This document shows positions 6,891 to 14,878 of a DNA stretch of 32,000 nucleotides, in pieces. Origin of the DNA: Pseudodesulfovibrio piezophilus C1TLV30 (GTDB lineage: Bacteria; Desulfobacterota; Desulfovibrionia; Desulfovibrionales; Desulfovibrionaceae); assembly GCF_000341895.1 (NCBI RefSeq), contig NC_020409.1, positions 960,001 to 992,000 on the forward strand, in the 5' to 3' direction. How positions within the stretch are numbered: the stretch's first letter is position 1; the number at the start of each line of letters is the position of its first letter. Under the pieces are notes generated by a model. The model ran no database searches, was not told the DNA's origin, and was given only the letters and a program-made list of their open reading frames with translations. A program made the position numbers and the translations under genes.

Positions 6891-8044
6891 TTTTTCCTCT
6901 TCCCGTTTTCCAGGGCGTTACTCAGCCAAGAATCGCTGTATTCACTGCCAACGATTGAGCCGACAACACCTCCAAGGTCACTTGCATCTTTCAACGGCTT
7001 GGGAGGTATGTTTTTGGGCGGTGTAATTCTGCCAAAGTTTTTGCCGACAGCCTTGCCTACTTTTCCGATTGCACCACCGACAGCACCACTTACTCCAGAT
7101 GCAGCGACTTTCCCGACATCATCGACTTTGCCTTTCTTGATATACTGGCTCCCGGCTTCATTCAAGACAGCTGCACCGCCACCAAACAGAAGGGTTGAAC
7201 CAATACCTCCGCCCATGGTGCTTACCGCGCCGGTTGCAGCGCCCAAGCCGACTGATTTGGCATAGTCCCCTGTGCCCATCTTGCCGCTTCTCCAATCATC
7301 CCAATTGTCGTAGGCATTGGAGCCTGCGCCAATCGCGGCCCCTGCAACCGGAACCCAAGTGAACAACCCCATGGGGTCATGCATGTTGACCGGATCATCC
7401 AAACAATAGCCATACCAATCAGGATCGCCGCCCTTGTTCCCGATGGGATCGGGCGCGGTCCACCTGCCGGTGAAGGTGTCGTAATCACACCAGCCGAAGC
7501 GGACGAAACCCAAATCTCGGTCGTGCAGGCCGCCCGCAAAGCCAATGGGCACGCGCAGGCCGGGATTGGTGTCCTCAATGATCCCGCCGAAGGGAGCGTA
7601 CCGGACTTCCTTTATCACGTTGCCGCCAGCGTCGGCAACCACGCGCAGGAAACCTACCTGATCGTAGTGCAGGGTAAATACGGCCCCGTCTTCGCGCCGC
7701 ATAGCCGATGGAAGGCGTGCGTTATCGCCATACCAGAACTCGTACCCCATGCGCCCGTCGTGGAACGCGCCGAGCCGGACGAAGTCGAGCCATTGGTAAG
7801 CCTCGACGAGTTGGCCGTTGAGATATTTGGCGGCCCGCCGGCCCTGCTCGTCATGGCGAAAGGTGTAGACGCAGTTCTGGCCCTCCACCTCCATTTTGAG
7901 CAGCCGGTAGTCCGGTGCGTACTTGTACAGATGGTACGTACCGCCTGTTCGACCAGATGGAACGGAACCCGTTGTCGTCGTGGGTGTACCCGTTGTTGCC
8001 CGCGCTCATCAGCCGGTTGTCCAGGGTGTGGCGATAATCGCGAT
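6887..8044 (-). pseudogene. Rhs/YD-repeat protein, N-terminally truncated orphan C-terminal fragment with toxin domain
   Basis: YD-type repeats are present (YTHDDNGF, YTFRHDEQGRR, TLHYDQVGF, VRYAPFGG). The core-end motif PVNMHDPMGL fits PxxxxDPxGL. A Gly-rich tail of about 158 aa follows. Rhs homology starts abruptly at 8044, with a frameshift between about 7925 and 7990. The intact ORF runs only from the Met at 7894. Confidence 0.85.
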
Positions 8045-8104
8045 AGCCGGCACCCCAGAGAGGTTGTCCAGAGTCACGATCCAGGAGTTGTTCGCGGAGA
8101 TGAC
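8045..8104 (-). pseudogene. Mobile-element replication/ATPase-like protein, 60-bp middle piece (piece 2 of 3; duplicate of 6132..6191)
   Basis: It encodes VISANNSWIVTLDNLSGVPA. It abuts the Rhs fragment on one side and the IS5-family element on the other. Confidence 0.7.
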
Positions 8105-8321
8105 TAGGTTTTATCGACATTCACTGAATCCACATTGTGATGGCAGCCAACGCGATCAAGCTACTGTAGTTTGAAGATTTCCTTTCATAACACGTTGCAA
8201 TCCTTCTGAATTGTCTAAAGAAGCCGAATGTGCGTTCAATGGCATTACGTAACTTATATTGTTTACGATCATATGACCTTTGATACTTTCTGTGCTTCCG
8301 GGGAGGAATTACCGCTTCGCC
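8045..8321. repeat. Direct repeat copy 2 (partner of 6132..6409)
   Basis: See copy 1. The two copies diverge completely after GCTTCGCC (6409 and 8321) and before AGCCGGCACCCC (6132 and 8045). Confidence 0.9.
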
Positions 8322-8857
8322 ACCTGTCTTTTTTACGGCATCCAAGACTTGTTGGGAATCGTAGCCTTTGTCGGCGAGCATGTATTGGCATTCGAGACCA
8401 CGAAAGAGTTATGAGCCTTGAGTGCAATCATTACAGTGTCCTTGCGAGAGATGGAAACGAATCGGCTTTGCTTCCCCATCGGTACACAGATGAATTTTGG
8501 TTGCCAGCCCACCTCTGGATCGCCCCTCGGTCGCAGACGAGTCCCCCCTTTTCCGGTAATGGCCTGTTGATGAGCGAGGACGATACTACTGCCTATAACA
8601 CTGTTTTTATTGTGTTTATATTTAACAAGTGACGCAAAGACTTGTTCCCATACTCCTTTTACGGCCCATCGGGCTCCGCTCCATAACACCCGCAAGACAC
8701 AGTTAATGAATGTTCGATTATCTGCTCCAGATCGCCCCGGATCACCTGCCTTGCCTGGAACAATCGGTCCTAAAACGGCCCACTGACTTTCGGTTAATTC
8801 GCATCTTCTGTTCATTTCCAGACTTTATCTAGTAAATTGATAAATATCGATACGCCC
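8107..8857 (-). mobile_element. IS5-family (IS427-like) insertion sequence, degenerate
   Basis: Imperfect inverted repeats: GGTTTTATCGA at 8107 against the reverse complement of 8847..8857, GGGCGTATCGA. A TA is duplicated at 8105..8106 and 8858..8859. Removing the IS plus one TA joins 8104 to 8860 in frame (...LRLWEAVAL-VISANNSW...). Confidence 0.72.
8121..8815 (-). pseudogene. IS5-family DDE transposase, inactivated
   Basis: The N-terminus reads MNRRCELTESQWAVLGPIVPGK...DNRTFINCVLRVLWSGARW. The sequence then jumps to VKGVWEQVF, which looks like an in-frame loss of about 25 aa. A frame change follows ...AHQQAITGKGG. A TAA stop lies in the downstream frame (...HCNDCTQGS*LFRGLECQYMLADKGYDS...). 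The C-terminus reads YKLRNAIERTFGFFRQFRRIATCYERK. Confidence 0.8.
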
Positions 8858-8859
8858 TA

Positions 8860-9046
8860 AAGCAACTGCTTCCCAAAGGCGCAACTCATGGAATGTGTGT
8901 GGAAACGTTTTTCCCTCTTCTCTGCGGATATCCTGTTCAGAAACATTGTGAAAATGAATTGCACCGTCAGCCTCAATGATGGGGTTTCTTTGGAGTGCTC
9001 CCACTCCTTGAAGTCCTTGTACTGTGATGATAGACTCCTTTATGAG
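8860..9046 (-). pseudogene. Mobile-element replication/ATPase-like protein, upstream piece (piece 1 of 3); itself lacks a start
   Basis: The minus-strand frame is open from the TGA at 9047..9049: LIKESIITVQGLQGVGALQRNPIIEADGAIHFHNVSEQDIRREEGKTFPHTFHELRLWEAVAL. It continues in frame across the IS into 8104. There is no plausible start codon. Confidence 0.5.
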
Positions 9047-9107
9047 TCAAGAATTAATGGACAACGACTGCACTCTGAGAAAATAAACACTTAACAGGTT
9101 GGGAAAC

Positions 9108-10088
9108 ATGGCAAAATTTAAAGTTTTCATTACACGACGCATCCCGCAGGAAGGCATTGATCTGCTTGAAACAGTGGCCGATGTCGAAATCAACCCGGAA
9201 GACGCTCCACTGCCACGCCCCCTGTTGCTTGAAAAAGCTGCTGAATGCGATGCCATGATTGGTGTATTAACAGACAGAATTAATGGCGAATTCTTTGATG
9301 CCGCGAAAAATCTCAAGGGATATGCGAACTATGCAGTCGGCTATGACAATATTGATGTCAATGAGGCCACAAGGCGTCAAATTCCCGTGTCCAATACACC
9401 CGGCGTGCTAACCACTGCCACAGCAGAATGCGCCTGGGCACTGCTTTTCTCCGTGGCGAGACGTGTGGTTGAAACCGACCACATAATGCGTTCGGACAAA
9501 TGGACAGGATGGGGACCGCTTCAATTCATCGGTGGCGACATCAAGGGCAAGACTCTCGGTATTGTCGGAGCAGGACGCATAGGAACTGAAATGGCTCTCA
9601 TGTCCAGAGGGTTTGATATGCCGGTTCTCTACACCAGTTCCTCGGGCCGGACAAACGGTGCTCTCGAGGCAGAGCTGAACGCTGAGTTGGTCTCCTTTGA
9701 AGAACTCCTGAAACGGTCTGATTTCATTTCACTCCATGCCCCGTTGACTCCAACCACCAAACATATGTTCGATGAATCAGCATTCTCGCTCATGAAAAAA
9801 ACAGCTTACCTCATCAATACAGCTCGTGGACCAGTCATCAACGAAGCTGATCTGGTTCAAGCTCTTCAGTCAGGTGAAATCGCAGGTGCTGGCTTGGATG
9901 TATACGAAAATGAACCAGCCATGGCTCCAGGACTGGCAGAACTTGATAATGTCGTCATCCTGCCTCATATAGGATCAGCCACAAAATCGTCTCGAACCAA
10001 TATGGCGACCATGGCCGCACGAAATATTATTGCCATGCTCAAGGGAGAAACGCCGGAAACCTGTCTCAACCCCGAGATATTCACCTAA
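9108..10088 (+). CDS. D-isomer-specific 2-hydroxyacid dehydrogenase (glyoxylate/hydroxypyruvate reductase or glycerate dehydrogenase type)
   Basis: Contains the NAD-binding GIVGAGRIGTEMA motif and ...LPHIGSAT..., with the overall layout of the family. The ATG at 9108 (MAKFKVFITRRIP) is preferred over the TTG at 9099. Confidence 0.9.
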   Translation: MAKFKVFITRRIPQEGIDLLETVADVEINPEDAPLPRPLLLEKAAECDAMIGVLTDRINGEFFDAAKNLKGYANYAVGYDNIDVNEATRRQIPVSNTPGVLTTATAECAWALLFSVARRVVETDHIMRSDKWTGWGPLQFIGGDIKGKTLGIVGAGRIGTEMALMSRGFDMPVLYTSSSGRTNGALEAELNAELVSFEELLKRSDFISLHAPLTPTTKHMFDESAFSLMKKTAYLINTARGPVINEADLVQALQSGEIAGAGLDVYENEPAMAPGLAELDNVVILPHIGSATKSSRTNMATMAARNIIAMLKGETPETCLNPEIFT

Positions 10089-10137
10089 TAAGGCTGAGAA
10101 CTTTCCCCAAAGAAAATTCCACAACGCCCAAATAATA

Positions 10138-10180
10138 CGGCCTGCAAGCAGATGAAATTCCGCCCGCAGGCCGCCTTTTA
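10138..10180 (+). terminator. Weak hairpin plus T-run between the dehydrogenase and kinase genes
   Basis: CGGCCTGC-(20 nt)-GCAGGCCG is followed by CCTTTTA. The large loop makes it only a candidate terminator or attenuator. Confidence 0.3.
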
Positions 10181-10195
10181 ATCGTAGGACTCATC

Positions 10196-11539
10196 ATGAC
10201 TTCATACATCGAAAAACAGGCTCACCTCCACCATATCGTCGAGCGAACCATCAATGCGGTGTCGCCAGACCCGGCAATTCGTTCCGCCCTGAAACTTGAT
10301 GGAGATGTCTTGACCGTTGCTGAGAGAGAGTACGACCTGAACCAGTTCGAGCGCATTTTTGTACTGGGTGCTGGCAAGGCTTCCGCCGCCATGGCCGAAA
10401 CTCTAGAAAAAATTCTGGGAAACCGTCTTCATGGTGGTATCATGGCAACCAAATACAACCATGGTCTCAAGCTCAGAAAAACACGAGTGCTTGAATCAAA
10501 CCATCCAGTTCCAGACCTGGCAGGAGAACGTGCGGCCAAGGAATTGATCAGCCTTGCCAAAGGGATATCAGAAAAAGATCTGGTCTTCTGTTTGCTTTCA
10601 GGCGGAGCCAGCGCCATCGTTCCCGCACCACGCCATCCCGTGACCTTGGCCATCAAACAGGAAACAACTCGAAAGCTTCTGGAATGTGGTGCAACCATTA
10701 ATGAAATCAATGCAATCAGGAAACACCTTTCCTTCTTCAAAGGCGGACATTTCGCAAAGGCTCTCGAACCTGCCACGGTATTGACACTGATTATATCCGA
10801 CGTGGTCGGAGATTATCTTGATGTCATCGGTTCCGGCCCAACCGCACCAGATGAATCCACCTTTTTCGACTGCCAGGCCATCCTTGATAAGTATGGCCTG
10901 TGCGGTGAAATTCCCGATGAAGTGACTCAGGTCATATCAGACGGATGCGAAGGCAAAACTCCTGAGACATGTAAGGAAGGCGATGCCTGTTTTGAACGAG
11001 TCCAGAATGTCATTATCGCTGGCAACGCCATGGCGGTGGCCGGAGCGGCGGAAGCAGCCAGAGAAAAAGGGTATACCCCGATTGTGGTGGACCACTCCAT
11101 GGAAGGAGAAGCCCGAGATGTGGCTAAAAGATTGATCCGGCTGGCCGGAGAATATTCTCAGGGACACCATGAGATCAAACCGCCGGTCTGCCTGCTTGCA
11201 GGAGGAGAGACAACTGTCACCATCCGTGGAAACGGCAAAGGAGGCCGCAATCAGGAATTGGCCCTTGCCGGAGCCATTGAATTATCTGGAATGCAGTGTT
11301 GTCGAGAAAACATCTCGGTACTCTGTCTCGGCACAGATGGGTCCGATGGGCCGACCGATGCAGCCGGGGCATTCGTTTTTCCGGACACAGTGGCTCGATC
11401 GCAAGCCCAATCACGGTCAGCGAGAGAATATCTCGAAAACAATAATGCCTATGAATTCTTCACGAATACGGGGACTCTCCTCAAGACAGGCCCGACTCGA
11501 ACGAATGTGATGGATGTAGTTGCCATCCTTGTTGATTAA
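10196..11539 (+). CDS. Glycerate 2-kinase / hydroxypyruvate-reductase-like protein (DUF4147 + MOFRL family)
   Basis: VLGAGKASAAMA..., LLSGGASA..., ISDVVGD..., LLAGGETTVTIRGNGKGGRNQELALA... and GTDGSDGPTDAAGA are typical of the MOFRL glycerate kinase family. Confidence 0.88.
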   Translation: MTSYIEKQAHLHHIVERTINAVSPDPAIRSALKLDGDVLTVAEREYDLNQFERIFVLGAGKASAAMAETLEKILGNRLHGGIMATKYNHGLKLRKTRVLESNHPVPDLAGERAAKELISLAKGISEKDLVFCLLSGGASAIVPAPRHPVTLAIKQETTRKLLECGATINEINAIRKHLSFFKGGHFAKALEPATVLTLIISDVVGDYLDVIGSGPTAPDESTFFDCQAILDKYGLCGEIPDEVTQVISDGCEGKTPETCKEGDACFERVQNVIIAGNAMAVAGAAEAAREKGYTPIVVDHSMEGEARDVAKRLIRLAGEYSQGHHEIKPPVCLLAGGETTVTIRGNGKGGRNQELALAGAIELSGMQCCRENISVLCLGTDGSDGPTDAAGAFVFPDTVARSQAQSRSAREYLENNNAYEFFTNTGTLLKTGPTRTNVMDVVAILVD

Positions 11540-11541
11540 AT

Positions 11542-11579
11542 GAAGAAGTCCCGCCGAATTTGTTCGGCGGGACTTCTTC
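11542..11579. terminator. Bidirectional intrinsic terminator between convergent genes
   Basis: A perfect 17-bp stem, GAAGAAGTCCCGCCGAA-TTTG-TTCGGCGGGACTTCTTC. It lies between the stop at 11539 (+) and the stop at 11617 (-). Confidence 0.8.
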
Positions 11580-11616
11580 TCATTACACGCTGAAGCGGTG
11601 TCTCCGCCGATCTTTG

Positions 11617-12351
11617 CTAATCGGCATTGAAATTTCGAGCCATAATCTCTTCGTATTTGCCATTGGCCTTGAGCGTATCCAGAGCAGTTTGCCACTGAGT
11701 GATAAGCTCATCAGGGACATCGCGTGAAAAGGCGAGCCATGCAGCGGAGTGGTTGAATTGGTAGTTGGTCCGTTCAAAACCTGCTGGATCGACTCCGGCT
11801 TCCTTCACCATATAGTAATATGTTCTTTCGCCCATAAGAACAAGATCGACCCGTTTATCAGCCAACTTTTTATAGCTTGAATCATACGTCGGCCCCACAT
11901 CCAGATTGGTGAATCCTTTAGCGAGAAGGGCCTGATGCGTGTACCCATCTTTCCGCACACCTATTCGTTTGACTTTTCTTGCATCGTCAAGTGTATTGAC
12001 GATGATCGGGCTTCCTTTGTGCTTGAAAAAATAATCACCTTCCCCAAAAATTGGCCCTACCCATTTGAAGAGTTCTTCCCTCTCCGGGATACGGACAATC
12101 GCAAAAAGAGCCTGCTTCGGTTTATTTTTAGTCTGTTCGTATGCTCGAAGCCATGGAGCAACCTGAATCGGATTGGTATCACCAACCATGGCCTGAATTT
12201 CCCGGACCACTTCAGGAGCGACTCCCTGTAATTCCCCATCCACTTCATAAGCCAATGGCGGGTATATGATCACCTGCATATTAATTTCTGCCGCCATGGT
12301 AATAACCGGCAGTAAAAGGACCGAAAAAACAAACAAGACTATTTTGCTATA
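11617..12351 (-). CDS. Periplasmic solute-binding protein, family 3 (amino-acid-type SBP fold)
   Basis: The signal peptide MYSKIVLFVFSVLLLPVITMAAE follows the ATG at 12351. The mature part shows an SBP_bac_3-like pattern (IYPPLAYEVDGELQGVAPEVVREI...). No ABC permease or ATPase gene is adjacent. Confidence 0.8.
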   Translation of the reverse strand, partial: YSKIVLFVFSVLLLPVITMAAEINMQVIIYPPLAYEVDGELQGVAPEVVREIQAMVGDTNPIQVAPWLRAYEQTKNKPKQALFAIVRIPEREELFKWVGPIFGEGDYFFKHKGSPIIVNTLDDARKVKRIGVRKDGYTHQALLAKGFTNLDVGPTYDSSYKKLADKRVDLVLMGERTYYYMVKEAGVDPAGFERTNYQFNHSAAWLAFSRDVPDELITQWQTALDTLKANGKYEEIMARNFNAD

Positions 12352-12578
12352 CATTTCATCCCTCTGAATCTGACTAATTTCGTCTACATTAAAGTAGCCA
12401 TTCATTTTAGTCCATTAGAGACAGCATTTTCCTTAGTTATTTTCTTATATCTGCTCATTTTTCTTGTTCATTTAAGTAAAGAAATATTTCAGACCTTTGT
12501 GGTAGGCAAATCATTTTTCCTTGACAGTCACTGGTCCATACAGCACTTCTAATGAGAATCTGTAAAAATTTCTGACGG

Positions 12579-14876
12579 ATGGGTTCAGCGAGGGGCAGGC
12601 CGAACATGTTCAGACCGATTATGAAAATCAGGGAAAACCTGATCGCAAAAATCATTCTTGCGACAGGGGCCATCATGCTGGTGAGTACCTTGTTGCTTAT
12701 CTATCTGAGCATTGGTTTTGTTAATGAATACACACTTTCAGAACGAATCCATACTGCGGATATGATGGGTAACACTATCCAACTCGGACTCCGTGATGCC
12801 ATGCTCCGCAACGCTCGGAAAGATATCAATGAGATTATAACCGAAGTGGCCCGATTTAACCGCGTTGAATCAATTCGAGTTTATGGCAAGGATGGAATTA
12901 TACAATTCTCCGACATTCCGCGAGAAGTCGGGAGTGGAATAGGCATGGATCACCATGTCTGCTCCGTCTGCCATAGTGAAGAGCCACCGAAAAAGACCCT
13001 GACGCTACAACAACGGACATGGAAATATTCCACAGTGGACGGAAGGAACTTTTTTAGCGTTCAGGTCCCCGTAAACAATCGTCAGTCCTGTATCGAAGCC
13101 CCATGCCATTTCCACAAGCAGGACACCGTCATATTAGGCACCGTTGATCTCATTTTCGCTTTTGACAGTGTCAATGCCATGGTCTCGGATTATCGAGCGC
13201 AACTCATCACCCTCGGCACCTTCTTTTTCATCATCACATCAGGGTGCATTTTCTTTGGTCTGAGACAAATAGTGACCCGCCCACTTTCTCTTCTCACCCG
13301 GTGCTCGGAAGAGATAGCACAGGGCAAGGACGGCAGTGCTGTCCGGACCATTTCACAACGCCCGGATGAATTGGGCAAACTTGCCCGTTCACATGAGCGA
13401 ATGGTCGAAGCGCTTCATGAACAACAAGAAATCATCAACGAAAAGATGGAAGAATTCGAACTTCTCTTCGACAATGTGCCATGCGTGGTCACGGTGCAGG
13501 ATCTCAACTATAAACTTCTCGCCTATAACAAGGAATCTCGAGAGCGATTCACCCCATTCCCCGATGCCTATTGCTATGAAGCATACAAAGGCATCAGCGA
13601 AAAATGTGAAGAATGTCCAGTTGAGAAAACTTTCCAGACCGGAGTCTCTCACTGTAGCGAAGAAAGCCGTCGGAATCCCGACGGGACATACTCACACTGG
13701 CTGGTTCATACTGCACCCATTCTGGATAAAAACGGAAAAGTGACCAAGGCCATGGAGATGTGCCTGGATATTAGCGAACGCATCAAGCTCGAAGAAAAAC
13801 TCAAAGAATCCGAAAAAAAATACCATACCATTTTCAATAATGCCCCCAACTCCATCTTCGTTCTGGACAATGCGACCCTGACAGTGCTTGATTGCAATAG
13901 TACTGCTACATCGATATACGGCTGGCCTGCCGAGGAATTGATCGGGAAACCTTTCATGGCGGTCATCCACCCAGATGAAACAGATCGGCTCAAATCGCAA
14001 ATGCGCGCCTTCACCACTATCAATCAGGTCAAAAGTATCCGCAAAAATGGTGACCCATTCTTCGTGGATATCATGCTGGCTACCTCCGGTGTTGCGGAAA
14101 TCGAATACCTTCTCATAAGCACTACGGACATCACGGAACGCCTCGAAGCCGAGCAGCAACTTTTCCACGCCGGTAAAATGGCAACTCTTGGCGAGATGGC
14201 AACAGGAGTTGCTCATGAATTGAACCAGCCACTCACCGTCATTAAATCCGCTAGCAATTACTTTATGAAAAAAGTCAATGCCGGTGAACCTATTCCGGAT
14301 GACACTCTCGCCACCCTTTCCCGTGAAGTTGATAGTTATGTGGACCGAGCAACAAAGATAATTAATCATATGCGGGAATTTGGCAGACAGGTCGACCAAG
14401 ACGCTGTGTTGGTGAATGTCAATCAATCCCTGGAGCGTGCTTTTGCATTGCTCGGCAAGCAATTCGCCTCTCGGGGCATTGTCATGAACTGGCACTTGGC
14501 GGATTCGCTCCCGCCGGTTTTGGCAACCCCGGATCAATTGGAACAGGTTTTCATCAATCTTTTTGTCAACGCTCGGGATGAGCTTGAAGAGAAGACAGAA
14601 TCCGCTGAATCTGATAGGCCCGAAATTACAGTTCGGACCTCCTGGCAAGAGGATGAGCTTCTGATCGAAGTAGCTGACAACGGAGGTGGTATCCCTGAAG
14701 AACTTATTCACAAGATTTTCGAGCCTTTTTTCACCACCAAGAAAGTCGGCAAAGGGACAGGATTGGGGTTATCCATAAGTTATGGTCTTATCAAGGATTT
14801 CGGCGGGAGTATCCGTGCAGAAAACGGTGATATCGGAGCACGATTCACCATAACACTTCCGGTGGCGGAAAGCTGA
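12579..14876 (+). CDS. Sensor histidine kinase: TM, periplasmic domain with CXXCH and CX4CH, TM, HAMP, Cys-rich PAS, PAS, HisKA, HATPase
   Basis: There are two hydrophobic segments (about aa 22-47 and 208-228). CSVCH lies at 12960..12974 and CIEAPCH at 13089..13109. The H-box reads GVAHELNQPL, and the N/G boxes read FINLFVNARDE, DNGGGI and GTGLGL. The start is uncertain; ATGs at 12606 and 12621 are alternatives. Confidence 0.9.
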   Translation: MGSARGRPNMFRPIMKIRENLIAKIILATGAIMLVSTLLLIYLSIGFVNEYTLSERIHTADMMGNTIQLGLRDAMLRNARKDINEIITEVARFNRVESIRVYGKDGIIQFSDIPREVGSGIGMDHHVCSVCHSEEPPKKTLTLQQRTWKYSTVDGRNFFSVQVPVNNRQSCIEAPCHFHKQDTVILGTVDLIFAFDSVNAMVSDYRAQLITLGTFFFIITSGCIFFGLRQIVTRPLSLLTRCSEEIAQGKDGSAVRTISQRPDELGKLARSHERMVEALHEQQEIINEKMEEFELLFDNVPCVVTVQDLNYKLLAYNKESRERFTPFPDAYCYEAYKGISEKCEECPVEKTFQTGVSHCSEESRRNPDGTYSHWLVHTAPILDKNGKVTKAMEMCLDISERIKLEEKLKESEKKYHTIFNNAPNSIFVLDNATLTVLDCNSTATSIYGWPAEELIGKPFMAVIHPDETDRLKSQMRAFTTINQVKSIRKNGDPFFVDIMLATSGVAEIEYLLISTTDITERLEAEQQLFHAGKMATLGEMATGVAHELNQPLTVIKSASNYFMKKVNAGEPIPDDTLATLSREVDSYVDRATKIINHMREFGRQVDQDAVLVNVNQSLERAFALLGKQFASRGIVMNWHLADSLPPVLATPDQLEQVFINLFVNARDELEEKTESAESDRPEITVRTSWQEDELLIEVADNGGGIPEELIHKIFEPFFTTKKVGKGTGLGLSISYGLIKDFGGSIRAENGDIGARFTITLPVAES

Positions 14877-14878
14877 AC

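Noticed and set aside
7851-8120. An ORF starting inside the IS5 end and reading through the 60-bp gene fragment into the Rhs repeats (MSIKPSHLREQLLDRDSGQPLWGAGYRDYRHTLDNRL...). It could be imagined as an IS-driven fusion that re-activates the toxin.
   Set aside because: Only the Rhs part of this frame is meaningful. The first 25 codons are out of frame relative to both the transposase and the replication gene. The frame terminates at 7851 because of the frameshift before the toxin-bearing ORF, so it cannot deliver the C-terminal domain.
8888-9094. Plus-strand ORF of 68 aa just upstream of the dehydrogenase.
   Set aside because: It is antisense to the in-frame continuation of the split replication/ATPase-like gene. 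It has no Shine-Dalgarno sequence and no recognisable features.
12521-12556. TTGACA upstream of the haem-motif kinase, considered as a -35 box.
   Set aside because: No acceptable -10 hexamer lies at 16-18 nt spacing; the nearest TA-rich hexamers are 13 or 21 nt away.
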